Shown piece by piece: positions 48,901 to 56,826 of a stretch of 64,000 bases of DNA. Each line of letters starts with the position of its first letter. Within the stretch, counting starts at the first letter, position 1. The stretch covers positions 8,303,812-8,367,811 of the forward strand of contig NC_092675.1 of the NCBI RefSeq assembly GCF_964355755.1, in the 5' to 3' direction. Under the pieces are notes generated by a model. That model was not told the origin of the DNA. It was given only the letters and a program-made list of their open reading frames with translations, and ran no database searches. This stretch comes from Antedon mediterranea. Its lineage: Eukaryota; Animalia; Echinodermata. The position numbers and the translations under genes are program-made.

Positions 48901-51169
48901 CCTCGAACCCTTGCAGATGTTATGGTTACGTAATTATGGTTCCACTGTCTTAAACGCTCGGTCACTCACTTGTTTAATATGTATCTATAATAATATTTAT
49001 ATCTTTGCTTATTTTACAAATGAATTTAAATGTATATATTTATTATCACTTGCACTGATGAAGGGCTATTGTTACCCGAAAGCTCTGCTAACTTTTCTGG
49101 CAGTTTTACTTTATCAGTTTGATTTAGATTTTTTTGGTATCTCGATTGAGATCCAGCCACTGATACCCACAGCATTGTCATTTTTTCAGTATTTTGCCTT
49201 TGGATTTATATATATTTATTATAAATATATCTCAAGTCATAAAAGATAGTGCATTTCTGCACAGCAGAACATACATTTTAATATTTGTACTCAAACATTT
49301 TTATTACATTTGTTTCTTTATAGACATATGGCAAATATTGGCCAGAATCTGGATCTGAACAACATGGACCAATGATAATTGAACATGTTTCAACAGAAAA
49401 CTCAAAGGCAGCCATCTGTAGAACATTCCAGTTAAAAAATACTTCAAGATCGGTATGTGAAGTACATGCAAGTGCAATAGATGATAAATACATATCAATA
49501 ATAAATACATTATATTAATCATTATTTATATAATGATAAGATAAGATAAGATAATTCTGTATTGTCATTTACCACAAACATAGGCGAACTTGACGTTTAG
49601 ATTCCTGATGCTTAAAACTGGTGTGAAGTGCCCAAATATGGTAGTTATATGATGTCATCATGTCCTTGGGTACATCACATTTTTTGTCACATAAAGTTTG
49701 ATAGCGTTGACAGAGCTTAACAACACAACTACTGATACCTGTAGACATTTCCCAGTTCATAATATACCTTTATTATAGTAATGTATAATTATCCCTGTAT
49801 ATAAAGATGTGAATTCAAGATTTAAATACATGTTCAACTGAATATAATCTAAGAAATATATAAATTCTATTTTTAGAAAGAGAAACCACGTGAAATCAAA
49901 CAATACCAGTACCTTGGCTGGCCAAGTTCAAGCAAGATCCCATCATCTGCAGAGTCTGTACTTGAGTTTCTAAAACTTTTGGACAGGGAAGATATTCCCA
50001 GTGATGCTCCCATCACAGTTCATTGCAAGTAAGTACATTCACAGTGACATTAGTTTTGTCAATTAATGACAACTTTAATCTATGGTTCAGTGCTTACTGA
50101 TACACCCATTTCTTTCCACATATAATAAATAATAATAAATAACATTTATAAAGCGCAAGAGACAAAGGTTTCAAAGCGCTGTGTTTTCCAAGATCTGGCA
50201 TTGTATGTCCAGTGTCACAAGCAAATTCTACAATACAGGTATCACATGTGGCACCTGTGATATGGTAAGGTTTAGGCCTTTGCCACATGTGATACATATG
50301 TATCACTGTCACAGCATATGCCTATGATACTGTAAACATTATAGAATGTATATATGAATGAATCTACATAAATTATTATTTTTTTACTAGAAATGGAATG
50401 GAAAGATGTGGTGTATTCTGTACCATTCACAGTGTTCTCCAACAACTGCAACATGAACAAATTGTTGATGTTTTCCACACGATTAGAAAATTCAGACGGA
50501 GCAAACCAAATATGGTGTCACCAGTGGTAAGAAAAATTTATAAACAGTGTATCCTTGTCATTTGATTGGTTGATTTTAAATCATGTGGTCTTAATTATTT
50601 TCTTCCATTTTAATGGGTAAATGCACAAATCAATCAATGTTTTTTTTTAAAGATTATTGTGCGATAGACATGATTAATGTGCGACAGAAAGTGGGTTTTT
50701 TTTGTCTTGTGTGAGTTCATCTCACGTTTATTTAAATTCTCAGTGATGAATATATTATATACATATAAGTACATTTGTGACAGAAAGTGTTGTTAACAAA
50801 CATGTAGAGCCGCCTGTAACTGCTTTCTTCAGAGGTCAAAAGCTGACCTCCACTTTATTGCATGTCTTCAACATCAGATCCATGGAAGAAACAGGTTAAT
50901 TGAATATTAATAGGTTTACTTTGTCTTATAAAACAAATAATGAATAATATCGTTGAATAATAGAACAGTCAACTCGTGGAAATATTCTACCCAATTTCAT
51001 TTTGTTTAAATTCATAAATGTTTGTACATTTTATATATGTAAAGTTTAATAATTTATTTTTTCCAATAACCATATCTATTTTTTTTTCTTGTAGAGCCAG
51101 TATGAGTTTTGCTTCAATACTGTTCGCTGTTATTTGGATGCTTTTGAGATTTATTCAAATTACAAATAA
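778..51169 (+). CDS. Receptor-type protein tyrosine phosphatase (EGF-Ig-FN3 ectodomain, TM, tandem PTP D1/D2); multi-exon gene, 5' end upstream of window
   Basis: 37 GT-AG exons chain in frame (5999 nt plus 1 nt from the upstream phase-1 codon = 2000 codons incl. stop). D1 has [29 protein letters not shown] and MVQT..QY. D2 has HCKNGMERCG. C-terminus FEIYSNYK*. Vertebrate orthology (PTPRA/E vs R2B-like) cannot be resolved by eye. Confidence 0.95.
1405..1551 (+). CDS. RPTP exon: EGF/laminin-EGF-like repeat
   Basis: [49 protein letters not shown]; tag|...|gtaag, 147 nt. Confidence 0.85.
1638..1934. mobile_element. Kolobok-type MITE
   Basis: TIR AGA(C/T)GTATTGTC..GACAATGCATCT, TTAA TSD on both sides; homologous copies at 21534-26640 and 42130-42394. 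Confidence 0.75.
2059..2346 (+). CDS. RPTP exon: Ig-like domain
   Basis: [11 protein letters not shown]...EDDVFKCQV; 288 nt, phase 1-1. Confidence 0.88.
2830..3153 (+). CDS. RPTP exon: FN3 domain 1
   Basis: [32 protein letters not shown]; 324 nt. Confidence 0.88.
3417..3487 (+). CDS. RPTP exon: FN3 domain 2, first part
   Basis: [23 protein letters not shown]; tag|...|gtaat, phase 1-0. Confidence 0.8.
3658..4280. mobile_element. Degraded PIF/Harbinger-like MITE
   Basis: Inverted termini TTTACACCGCC...GGCGGTGTAAA, with internal ACCCGGG repeats in both orientations. Confidence 0.55.
4418..8263. mobile_element. Non-autonomous Academ-like DNA transposon with ~0.9-1.1 kb modular TIRs
   Basis: Termini TAGTCCAGGAGTATTAGAC...GTCTAATACTCCTGGACTA, 3-bp TSD TCT; TIRs built of ~120-bp subrepeats shared with the 9615-13460 element. 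Confidence 0.8.
5381..6041. mobile_element. PIF/Harbinger-type MITE nested in the Academ-like element
   Basis: TIR GACCCCATTTACACTT...AAGTGTAAATGGGGTC, TTA TSD on both sides. Confidence 0.8.
8485..8722 (+). CDS. RPTP exon: FN3 domain 2, second part
   Basis: ..[23 protein letters not shown]..; phase 0-1. Confidence 0.88.
9207..9512 (+). CDS. RPTP exon: FN3 domain 3
   Basis: [25 protein letters not shown]; 306 nt. Confidence 0.9.
10287..11750 (-). pseudogene. Frameshifted C-terminal fragment of an Academ-type transposase/XPG-like protein (left arm)
   Basis: ORFs 11183-11527 and 10287-10937 are contiguous after frameshifts; [21 protein letters not shown] and RVDIVTD-Y motifs. Confidence 0.75.
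11792..12789 (+). pseudogene. Frameshifted C-terminal fragment of an Academ-type transposase/XPG-like protein (right arm)
   Basis: ORFs 11838-12032 and 12016-12789, almost identical to the left-arm ORF. Confidence 0.75.
13613..14996 (+). mobile_element. Non-autonomous Helitron
   Basis: 5' TC, 3' hairpin CTAGATGGTACGC-gagcgaagcga-GCGTACCATCTAG ending in CTAG; inserted between A and T with no TSD. Confidence 0.85.
15083..19822 (-). mobile_element. Nest of three Helentron-type non-autonomous (HINE/DINE-1-like) elements: outer copy 19822-15083 containing copies 19748-18164 and 18163-16568
   Basis: Each ~1.55-1.6 kb copy has a 5' TTAGTTATCCGC subTIR with an adjacent inverted copy, a 3' GCGGATAACTA subTIR, the stem-loop AACTCGTCA-nnn-TGACGAGTT and a terminal CTAG next to TT; no TSD. 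Confidence 0.8.
19996..20304 (+). CDS. RPTP exon: FN3 domain 4
   Basis: [31 protein letters not shown]; 309 nt. Confidence 0.88.
20624..20947 (+). CDS. RPTP exon: FN3 domain 5
   Basis: [21 protein letters not shown]; 324 nt. Confidence 0.9.
21118..21529 (-). mobile_element. Truncated older Helentron-type element (3' end)
   Basis: Same stem-loop AACTCGTCACAATGACGAGTT plus patchy similarity to the neighbouring family. Confidence 0.5.
21534..26640. mobile_element. Kolobok-type MITE split by a nested Helentron stack
   Basis: Left half 21534-21764 and right half 26531-26640 rejoin to a copy of the 1638-1934 MITE; TTAA / TTGA flanks. Confidence 0.75.
21765..26530 (+). mobile_element. Three-level nest of Helentron-type elements: 21765-26530 contains 21836-25006, which contains 21912-23497
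   Basis: Outer copy uses subTIR TAGGTGATCATTT and stem-loop AATTCGTCAAAGTGACGAATT; inner two use AGTTATCCGC and are near-identical to each other; all end in CTAG-T. Confidence 0.8.
26781..27068 (+). CDS. RPTP exon: FN3 domain 6
   Basis: [26 protein letters not shown]; 288 nt. Confidence 0.9.
27316..27609 (+). CDS. RPTP exon: FN3 domain 7
   Basis: [21 protein letters not shown]; 294 nt. Confidence 0.9.
28298..28591 (+). CDS. RPTP exon: FN3 domain 8
   Basis: [31 protein letters not shown]; 294 nt. Confidence 0.9.
29305..29534 (+). CDS. RPTP exon: FN3 domain 9, first part
   Basis: [26 protein letters not shown]; phase 1-0. Confidence 0.88.
30079..30148 (+). CDS. RPTP exon: FN3 domain 9, second part
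   Basis: [23 protein letters not shown]; tandem donors 3 nt apart (gtagtaagt). Confidence 0.82.
30255..30470 (-). mobile_element. tRNA-headed Deu-domain SINE
   Basis: Core GTCTTCTCGATAAGGAC..TAAGAACCTAGTACATCTTTCGAGAC.AGTAGGGGGT; related copies at ~42760-42980, ~48750-48970 and ~57575-57720. Confidence 0.6.
30461..30897. repeat. ~19-bp minisatellite (CCACTCACTCACCCAACCG)n
   Basis: About 20 degenerate tandem units directly visible. Confidence 0.9.
31003..31109 (+). CDS. RPTP exon: FN3 domain 10, first part
   Basis: [26 protein letters not shown]|gtgagt. Confidence 0.88.
31417..31630 (+). CDS. RPTP exon: FN3 domain 10, second part
   Basis: [27 protein letters not shown]; phase 0-1. Confidence 0.88.
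31902..31992 (+). CDS. RPTP exon: membrane-proximal domain, first part
   Basis: [23 protein letters not shown]; phase 1-2. Confidence 0.8.
32611..32842 (+). CDS. RPTP exon: membrane-proximal domain with basic (furin-like) KRR site
   Basis: [40 protein letters not shown], a motif typical of LAR/R2B-type RPTP stalks. Confidence 0.88.
33595..33625 (+). CDS. RPTP 31-nt micro-exon
   Basis: ttttttcag|GATGAAAGCCGC...CAAC|gtaagt; supplies the phase 0-1 bridge needed between flanking exons. Confidence 0.65.
34756..34861 (+). CDS. RPTP exon: transmembrane helix
   Basis: [24 protein letters not shown] followed by KYKRR. Confidence 0.9.
35082..35131 (+). CDS. RPTP exon: juxtamembrane
   Basis: aag|...|gtatg, 50 nt, phase 2-1 bridge. 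Confidence 0.7.
35414..35610 (+). CDS. RPTP exon: juxtamembrane / wedge region
   Basis: ..[29 protein letters not shown]. Confidence 0.85.
35815..36229 (-). mobile_element. 5S rRNA-headed SINE (SINE3/AmnSINE1-like: 5S head, tRNA-like segment, Deu domain)
   Basis: - strand reads TACGGCCATAC..GTTGAAACACCGGTTCTCGTC..AAGTTAA..GGATGGGAGAC..GGGTGCTGTA (5S-like), then GGTTCGAACC, then CGTCCTTCGGATGGGAGGTAAAGCCG..AAGAGTAGGGG. Confidence 0.75.
36377..36464 (+). CDS. RPTP D1 exon (KNRY loop)
   Basis: [21 protein letters not shown]; 88 nt. Confidence 0.93.
36992..37068 (+). CDS. RPTP D1 exon (DYINA)
   Basis: [26 protein letters not shown]; 77 nt. Confidence 0.93.
37872..37908 (+). CDS. RPTP D1 exon (YIATQG)
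   Basis: [13 protein letters not shown]; 37 nt. Confidence 0.92.
37937..38056. mobile_element. Short Harbinger-type MITE family (GCTCTGTCTACACTA TIR)
   Basis: TIR plus TAA/TTA flanks; further copies or fragments at ~42524-42660, ~42668-42750, ~49620-49717 and ~55120-55197. Confidence 0.65.
38071..39820 (-). mobile_element. 5'-truncated, frameshifted L2/CR1-group non-LTR retrotransposon (RT domain)
   Basis: [37 protein letters not shown] and LFADDT motifs; (ATGAA)n 3' tail at 38071-38100. Confidence 0.9.
40011..40108 (+). CDS. RPTP D1 exon
   Basis: [32 protein letters not shown]; 98 nt. Confidence 0.93.
40171..41360. mobile_element. Putative non-autonomous element with terminal hairpin (Crypton-like, unconfirmed)
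   Basis: ~60-bp-arm inverted repeat at 40171-40317; ATTCCTGTCATTT at ~40340 recurs inverted at ~41330; similar termini at ~35660 and ~50550. Confidence 0.4.
41495..41611 (+). CDS. RPTP D1 exon (CxxYWP)
   Basis: [25 protein letters not shown]; 117 nt. Confidence 0.93.
41902..42050 (+). CDS. RPTP D1 exon (WPD loop, VHC)
   Basis: [25 protein letters not shown]. Confidence 0.94.
42130..42394. mobile_element. Kolobok-type MITE (third copy)
   Basis: AGATGTATTGTCC...GGACAATACATTT with TTTA / TTAA flanks. Confidence 0.7.
42760..42980 (-). mobile_element. tRNA-headed Deu-domain SINE
   Basis: - strand head AGCGAGTGAGTGGCCGAGCGGTTAAGAC..GGGTTCAAGGC (A/B boxes) plus Deu-like core. Confidence 0.65.
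43073..43208 (+). CDS. RPTP D1 exon (P-loop, Q-loop)
   Basis: [20 protein letters not shown]; 136 nt. Confidence 0.94.
43879..45314. repeat. Long foldback: ~615-bp inverted arms with a 183-bp spacer
   Basis: 43879-44495 is the reverse complement of 44679-45295, with few mismatches. Confidence 0.9.
45763..45912 (+). CDS. RPTP D1-D2 linker exon
   Basis: [19 protein letters not shown]; 150 nt. Confidence 0.92.
46081..46180 (+). CDS. RPTP D2 exon
   Basis: [17 protein letters not shown]. Confidence 0.9.
46356..46432 (+). CDS. RPTP D2 exon
   Basis: [25 protein letters not shown]; 77 nt. Confidence 0.92.
46674..48496 (+). mobile_element. Penelope-like retroelement, 5'-truncated, with inverted pseudo-LTR
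   Basis: RT ([27 protein letters not shown]), thumb ([11 protein letters not shown]) and GIY-YIG (VYKISC..TYI*ET.R..RLKEH); 46707-46870 is inverted relative to 48332-48495; 14-bp TSD TATATGTTATGATG at 46660-46673 and 48497-48510. Confidence 0.92.
48402..48446 (+). ncRNA. Minimal hammerhead ribozyme motif in the Penelope pLTR (antisense twin at ~46756-46800)
   Basis: CTGAAGA-a-GCTGTCC-gatca-GGACAGC-GAAAC-T-GTC. Confidence 0.75.
48527..48661 (+). CDS. RPTP D2 exon
   Basis: [29 protein letters not shown]; 135 nt. Confidence 0.92.
48750..48970 (-). mobile_element. tRNA-headed Deu-domain SINE (partial)
   Basis: Similar to the 42760-42980 head (GTGAGTGACCGAGCGTTTAAGAC..GGGTTCGAGGC). Confidence 0.55.
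49052..49088 (+). ncRNA. Minimal hammerhead ribozyme motif in a solo Penelope pLTR remnant (~48990-49235)
   Basis: GCA-CTGATGA-a-GGG-ctattgtta-CCC-GAAA-GC-TC-TGC: stem I, core, stem II and palindromic AGCT stem III. Confidence 0.7.
49324..49452 (+). CDS. RPTP D2 exon
   Basis: [25 protein letters not shown]; 129 nt. Confidence 0.9.
49877..50028 (+). CDS. RPTP D2 exon
   Basis: [24 protein letters not shown]. Confidence 0.92.
50391..50526 (+). CDS. RPTP D2 exon
   Basis: [32 protein letters not shown]; 136 nt. Confidence 0.92.
51095..51169 (+). CDS. RPTP terminal coding exon
   Basis: [24 protein letters not shown]. Confidence 0.92.
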   Translation, partial: SQYEFCFNTVRCYLDAFEIYSNYK

Positions 51170-51951
51170 GTCATCATGTTCTCCAAAATATTGTATACAG
51201 CAATGTAAGCACACAAGAAAGTAAAAATAACAACTTTCGTAATGACAGTGAATGAATGTGAAGGATTTTTTCTTCTGATTCAGAAAATCATGATTTTGTT
51301 TTATTATTGTCCGCTCGCTATACCTATCACTTATCGCGGCTGTATTAAGGATTCCTTAATATTTATATTGGCAGTAACGCTATGCACTTAATATTGATTT
51401 ATTTATCGTGGCAATGTATGTCTTGGTCAGTCTGTTGTTTTTCCCAGCCTATTACTTTAGCATAGGCTTAACCCATCATAATTTGAAATAAGAGTGCAAC
51501 AAATTTGCTATGTAACTATTCTATTCTCACAATTAAGTTGTTTACAGAGCATTTCTTACAGTTGTTATGCAGGGGGATAACTGTGTCTGCCACAAAGTAG
51601 TATATAAATAATTTTTAAGACAAGTTTTCTGGACAAATTTATATTTTTCTCATTTTTAGTATATTACGAGTATATAATTATATTTTTTAAATACCGCAAA
51701 CATATCTTTCTATGCAAGTCAGCTTATGCAATAAACTAGAATTTATACTTTTTTCATAAATATATAAAATATATTTTTAGTAAGTTTTTAATGTAAATTT
51801 TGAATAGACTTTTTACCATGTTTTATATAATAGTACTAGAAATCAAAAAGTTTGTATTTTTATAATTGTGCTTATTATACATATTTATAACATTTTAAAT
51901 ATATTTAGTATTAAAATGTCAGTGTGTACTTAGTAGTGAAATCCAAAATCG

Positions 51952-51957
51952 AATAAA
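51952..51957 (+). terminator. Candidate polyadenylation signal of the RPTP gene
   Basis: AATAAA ~780 nt after the stop, followed by GT/T-rich sequence. Confidence 0.45.
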
Positions 51958-52081
51958 GCCTGTTCCTTACTAAATCACTACATATGTAAATACATATTTT
52001 AATGTGTATTTATATATGTAGTGTTATTCCATACTATGCCGGGTACACTAAAACATCATAGCATAACATCTGTACCCTGAA

Positions 52082-52371
52082 AATAATAATAATATCCTGG
52101 ATTTATATAGCGCCTAATGTTGTGAAACCTCTAAGCGCTGAACATTATTACCCCAGTCATTTTTTTGGATCAAACACTCCCATAATGCAGCTAGTAATCA
52201 GCGCAAAGTTGTGTCTTGATCTAACCGAGTACCCATTTATACACCTGGGTGGAGAGAGGCAAATGTAAGTAAAGTATATTGCCTACGGATACAGGTAATG
52301 CAGCAAATGTAAGATTCGAACCTCGATCTCACGATCAGTAGTCCAACGTCCAACACACTGCGTCACACGCC
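52082..52371 (-). mobile_element. tRNA-derived SINE with an L2-type tail
   Basis: Head GGCGTGTGACGCAGTG..GGTTCGAATC; core CTCTCCACCCAGGTGTATAAATGGGTAC; tail AGCGCTTAGAG..GCGCTATATAAA then (TTA)n. Confidence 0.7.
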
Positions 52372-52515
52372 AAACATTACCTCCGCCAAGGATGTTATTG
52401 TTATATTTATATTATTATTTATGATTTCTTATTATTTATGATTTCTTATTATTTATAATTATTTTAAATGTCTTTCATGTGGTTTATGTTTGTTTTCATG
52501 TTTTTTATACTAAGC

Positions 52516-52779
52516 CTGGTACCAAGATAACATAGCATACTGCATATTATCTCTACCATCTGGTACCAAGATAACATAGCATACTGCATATTATCTCTAC
52601 CATCTGGTACCAAGATAACATAGCATACTGCATATTATCTCTACCATCTGGTACCAAGATAACATAGCATACTGCATATTATCTCTACCATCTGGTACCA
52701 AGATAACATAGCATACTGCATATTATCTCTACCATCTGGTACCAAGATAACATAGCATACTGCATATTATCTCTACCAT
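52516..52779. repeat. 44-bp tandem repeat, 6 identical copies
   Basis: CTGGTACCAAGATAACATAGCATACTGCATATTATCTCTACCAT x6. Confidence 0.95.
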
Positions 52780-53103
52780 GAAAATACAGTGAATTGACAA
52801 TTCATTAATATTTCTTATTTATGTTTTCTTATTATTTATAATTAATTGAAAGGTCTTTTGGCCTGTGATAATTTATACTGGTAATTTTGTTATTATGTAA
52901 ATGGTAGCAGATATGCTACAGTATGTGTTCAGTGATGTACATTTAAAATATTTGATTTATTTTGAGCCGTTATCAATTACAGTAAATGTAGCTTTGTACC
53001 CAACTTTGTTTGGAGCTTTAGTAACTAAAACAATTAAATAATATTCACAATTGGCAGATTAAGATATATTATATGTATATAGATTATGACACATAATCTG
53101 CAC

Positions 53104-53244
53104 AACTCAGCACTATAAGCATTGGCATCAGTTCATAGGATAGCATACATCAACATTTTTGCGATCATATTTAAGGTACGTGCATGTTTTTGAAAATGAA
53201 ATGTCATTGTCATTAAAATTATAAAAATTACGAATAAAATTCTA
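53104..53244 (+). mobile_element. 3' remnant of a Helentron-type element
   Basis: Similar to 26370-26530; ends ACGAATAAAATTCTAG-TT. Confidence 0.55.
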
Positions 53245-54052
53245 GTTTTGATTGGATCTGTTTTATATAACAATTCAATATTTTCAAATTGTATGTTTTT
53301 TTGAATTCTGACACGCAATAAACCACTGTCTACACCATTACTATATATAATACAGAAAATCCAAATTTATTTACAATTATACAGTATAACTTTGCCTATT
53401 GAAGATATTAGTAATTAAGGTACGTAATGGCATAGTGCCCTTTTATTATATTGTTAATGTACACTATTTTTCTGATAAAGGCTTTGATACAACTATCATT
53501 TTATATCTTTGGCTTGCTTTAATCATAGTTCATCACTACAAACATATTACTGTTTTAAAAGAGGGAACACAACGTTCTATTCAATTCATAGGTTTTATCA
53601 TTTTCCTGATACGATTTTAGTTACTAATACTAACAGTTACATTTTTTACACAGTCAACATTTTCTTTTCCTGATCAAAATATTATATAATATATACAGTT
53701 TATATTTACACTTATGAACCATTATTAAAAATAAAAATGTATATTACTGAAGTGATGTGTATAAAACTTTTATCAATGCTGCACTATCATCACTATCAAG
53801 CAAGTGGGGCTATAACCAGGTATTTGGGACGTTTGCCTTCAGGATTTACTTCAAAAGTTAATTTAAAACAATTTAATGTTACACTGACTTCTTTCCGAAA
53901 AGATCTTTAATTTTCTATGAACATTTTATTAATAAAATAATGTACCATATAAAGGCTTTGGTTGTCTATAAAAAAAATATTTTAATTTAATTCTGAATTA
54001 TGTAACACTTATTTCTCTTAGCATGGAAAGTTGCCTCCGACAGTGTAAGGTT

Positions 54053-54161
54053 TTAAACTTTAGAAAACGGTTTCTTCTTCAACTCTATCGGACCAACGTT
54101 CGGACGTGCCGCAATGATGTACAATGCTTGTTCGTTTAAATACTCCTCCCATGATACGGTA
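54053..54161 (-). CDS. PHF24: PHF24-like terminal coding exon
   Basis: TVSWEEYLNEQALYIIAARPNVGPIELKKKPFSKV*. Confidence 0.88.
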
Positions 54162-56788
54162 CTGTGGTATATATAATAATAGCAAATGATTAAACATGAT
54201 AAAAAAAAGTTAAATATGAGATATGTATTATGTTCTCATAATCGTATTTTAGCAAGAAGAAACTGATAAATGTGGCTGAGATAGTATTTTTATTCAAGAA
54301 GAGAATCAAGGGAAAAATGTTATTGTATAGCCTTATATAAATAAAACATTTATGTACAGAAATTTATGACACTCGGCATCACACGCATTTTATACATTTT
54401 TGTTTCATTTGACCTAAAATTAAAAGTAAAGAAAAAATGTAAATATCATACATGACAAAATACATACCCCGAATCGTCCTCGTCAGCACTCATCAACATA
54501 CGGGTATTTGATGAAACGTGTCTGGATAAATCTATGCTATTTGTCATTGAAACAGCGCTACTGATGCGACTTCTGAGTAAATGAATATAGAAAATATTGT
54601 TATTTTAAATATTTGCACCTGTAGCCTACTCGTGATCACTCAAGTGTAAATATTTAAATATTAGTGCACTTGTAATACGCATGGCAACGTTCCCCAAACC
54701 TTTCTGAGTACATACTACAACACACCAGAAAATAATGTAAGTTTTATCAGCCTGACGTAAATGTGCCTTAGAGATGGTAGAACAACAAAAAAAATTGGAA
54801 TTATACAGCACATTTTACAATACTTTATTTGCATGGATATTGTTTATCTTTGATTGTAGTTATAAAGGAATCTTACTTTTGCCTTGGTACCATAGTTTCA
54901 GGGTCTGAAATGAAGTTTGAATACCATCTTTTGTAAGCTCTCTTAGCTTCGTAATCCGTGATGCTTCCATCACCGTCTGTATCAAAGGCTCTGAATGTCT
55001 CTCTTGCTCGCTGAATCTCTTTCGGTGCCAACAGATTCACCAAATGCAACTAATGTAAAGTACAAATAGGAACATTTATTTATGTGGAGAGTCAGCATAA
55101 GAGGTTCGAGACGACTGCAGTGATATGACATCATCATGTCAATATAATATGACATCACATTTTTTTTCACATAAAGTTTGATAGTGTAGACAGAGCTTTA
55201 GAACCGAATTCAACCAATGGTATTGCAATGCAGTTAGGTTAAGCCTAACACTCTACCATCAAGTCATAAGATTTTCAGCACCATTAAAGTCGATATATTG
55301 CTGACTAGATTTGGTTACAAAGTTTCTTTCAATAGATATTTCAATAGATAGTTTTAAGATTTACGGTAATTTAAAGTTCAAATACCTTTGGTAGTGAAGC
55401 TAAATGCCTGACAGATTCGTGATTCAAAAATTCCCACCAAGTCAAAGAGCCAGTCATGTCAGTATCGATGGCGCGAAATAACACCAGCTCGTCATCCTCC
55501 TCATCGGCTGTCATTTCACGTCCCTCATTCTCCTTGATCAAATTCCGTTTATATTTCAAGAATTCTTCAACTGAAATTTCCGCATCTGTGGAATAAAAAT
55601 AAAGTTGACATTTTCTACTTCTAGCTTGAATATCAACTGCTTATCTTTTTTGTTGCCTCCATTTTCGTAGTCGAAATTCTTTCCCTGTGGGGCCTTTTAT
55701 AATTCTGCATCTCTCTCTCTCCTCCTCTCTCTCTCTCTCCTGGTCTATTTGTTCGTTAGATTCATACGCTCGGTAGTAATTGTTGAGCTTATTTGTACAC
55801 ACGTATTACTAGCGTCTAAGATAACCCGAACACATTTTCCTTAATATTGTAGTCATCGAACTTTAGAAACAAACATTTCGATGGAAAAAATTATCGAACT
55901 CCCAATTCTCAGTACACCCTAACTCTACTCGGTCTGTTAAAAGTTATCTTTAAATAAAATATTATTATATTATTAATTAAATATTATTAGGCCTATATTA
56001 ATTTATTATAGGCAAACTATCGAATCGATCCGAGTAAGCGAATGGTGGAACTTCTGTACGAAAAATAATCTAGCGTCCCGAATTATAAAGTTTCAAATAG
56101 TGTTGTTTGTTCATCACAATCAAGATTTTTGAACTGGTGACAACCCCCGTTGAACAATCACTATTGATTCTGTATTGTCACTGTAAGACTTTGTTTAGAC
56201 AGTTTTTGTTGCTTTGCTTCTAATCTTAAAATAGGTATATAGATGAGGAAATCTGTGAGAATGAGAAAAAGTCGTCCCAACCGAGACTCGAACTCGGACC
56301 GGCTGCTTGATATGCAGATGTCCTAACCACTATTAGACCACTGGGGCTTTCATGGTATTGTTCGAACTCGATTGGATAGCGACTCTTTAACATTCTCGGC
56401 GTGGTACGGCGGAACAGCACTAGTCCTCAGTTGTACGCACGCGCACCAGAGATCAAATTGATACACCCTCATCTTACAGTATTTTTATTCCCGAGGCGGG
56501 ATCTCCGAAGAGATACTTTTTATATATATAAACAAATCAGGCAAAGAACATTAATTCTAAACCGCCCGGTGATATACTCCAATCGAGTTCGAACAATACC
56601 ATGAAAGCCCCAGTGGTCTAATGGTTAGGACATCTGCATATCAAGCAGGCGGTCCGAGTTCGAGTCTCGGTTGGGGCGACTTTTTCTCATTCTCACAGAT
56701 TTCCTCATCTTTATCGTTTCAAATTAATTTATTAAATTTCAGTATATCACCGGGCGGTTTAGAATTAATGTTCTTTGCCTGATTTGTT

Positions 56789-56826
<38 letters not shown>

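Larger units (their letters stand above)
56241..56825. mobile_element. Unclassified tRNA-containing repeat in (TA)n with interleaved inverted repeats
   Basis: 56241-56376 is inverted relative to 56578-56710; 56521-56578 is inverted relative to 56741-56800; degraded copy at ~34185-34300. Confidence 0.75.

Noticed and set aside
52516-52779. CRISPR-like array
   Set aside because: Units are contiguous with no unique spacers, there are no cas genes and the context is eukaryotic.
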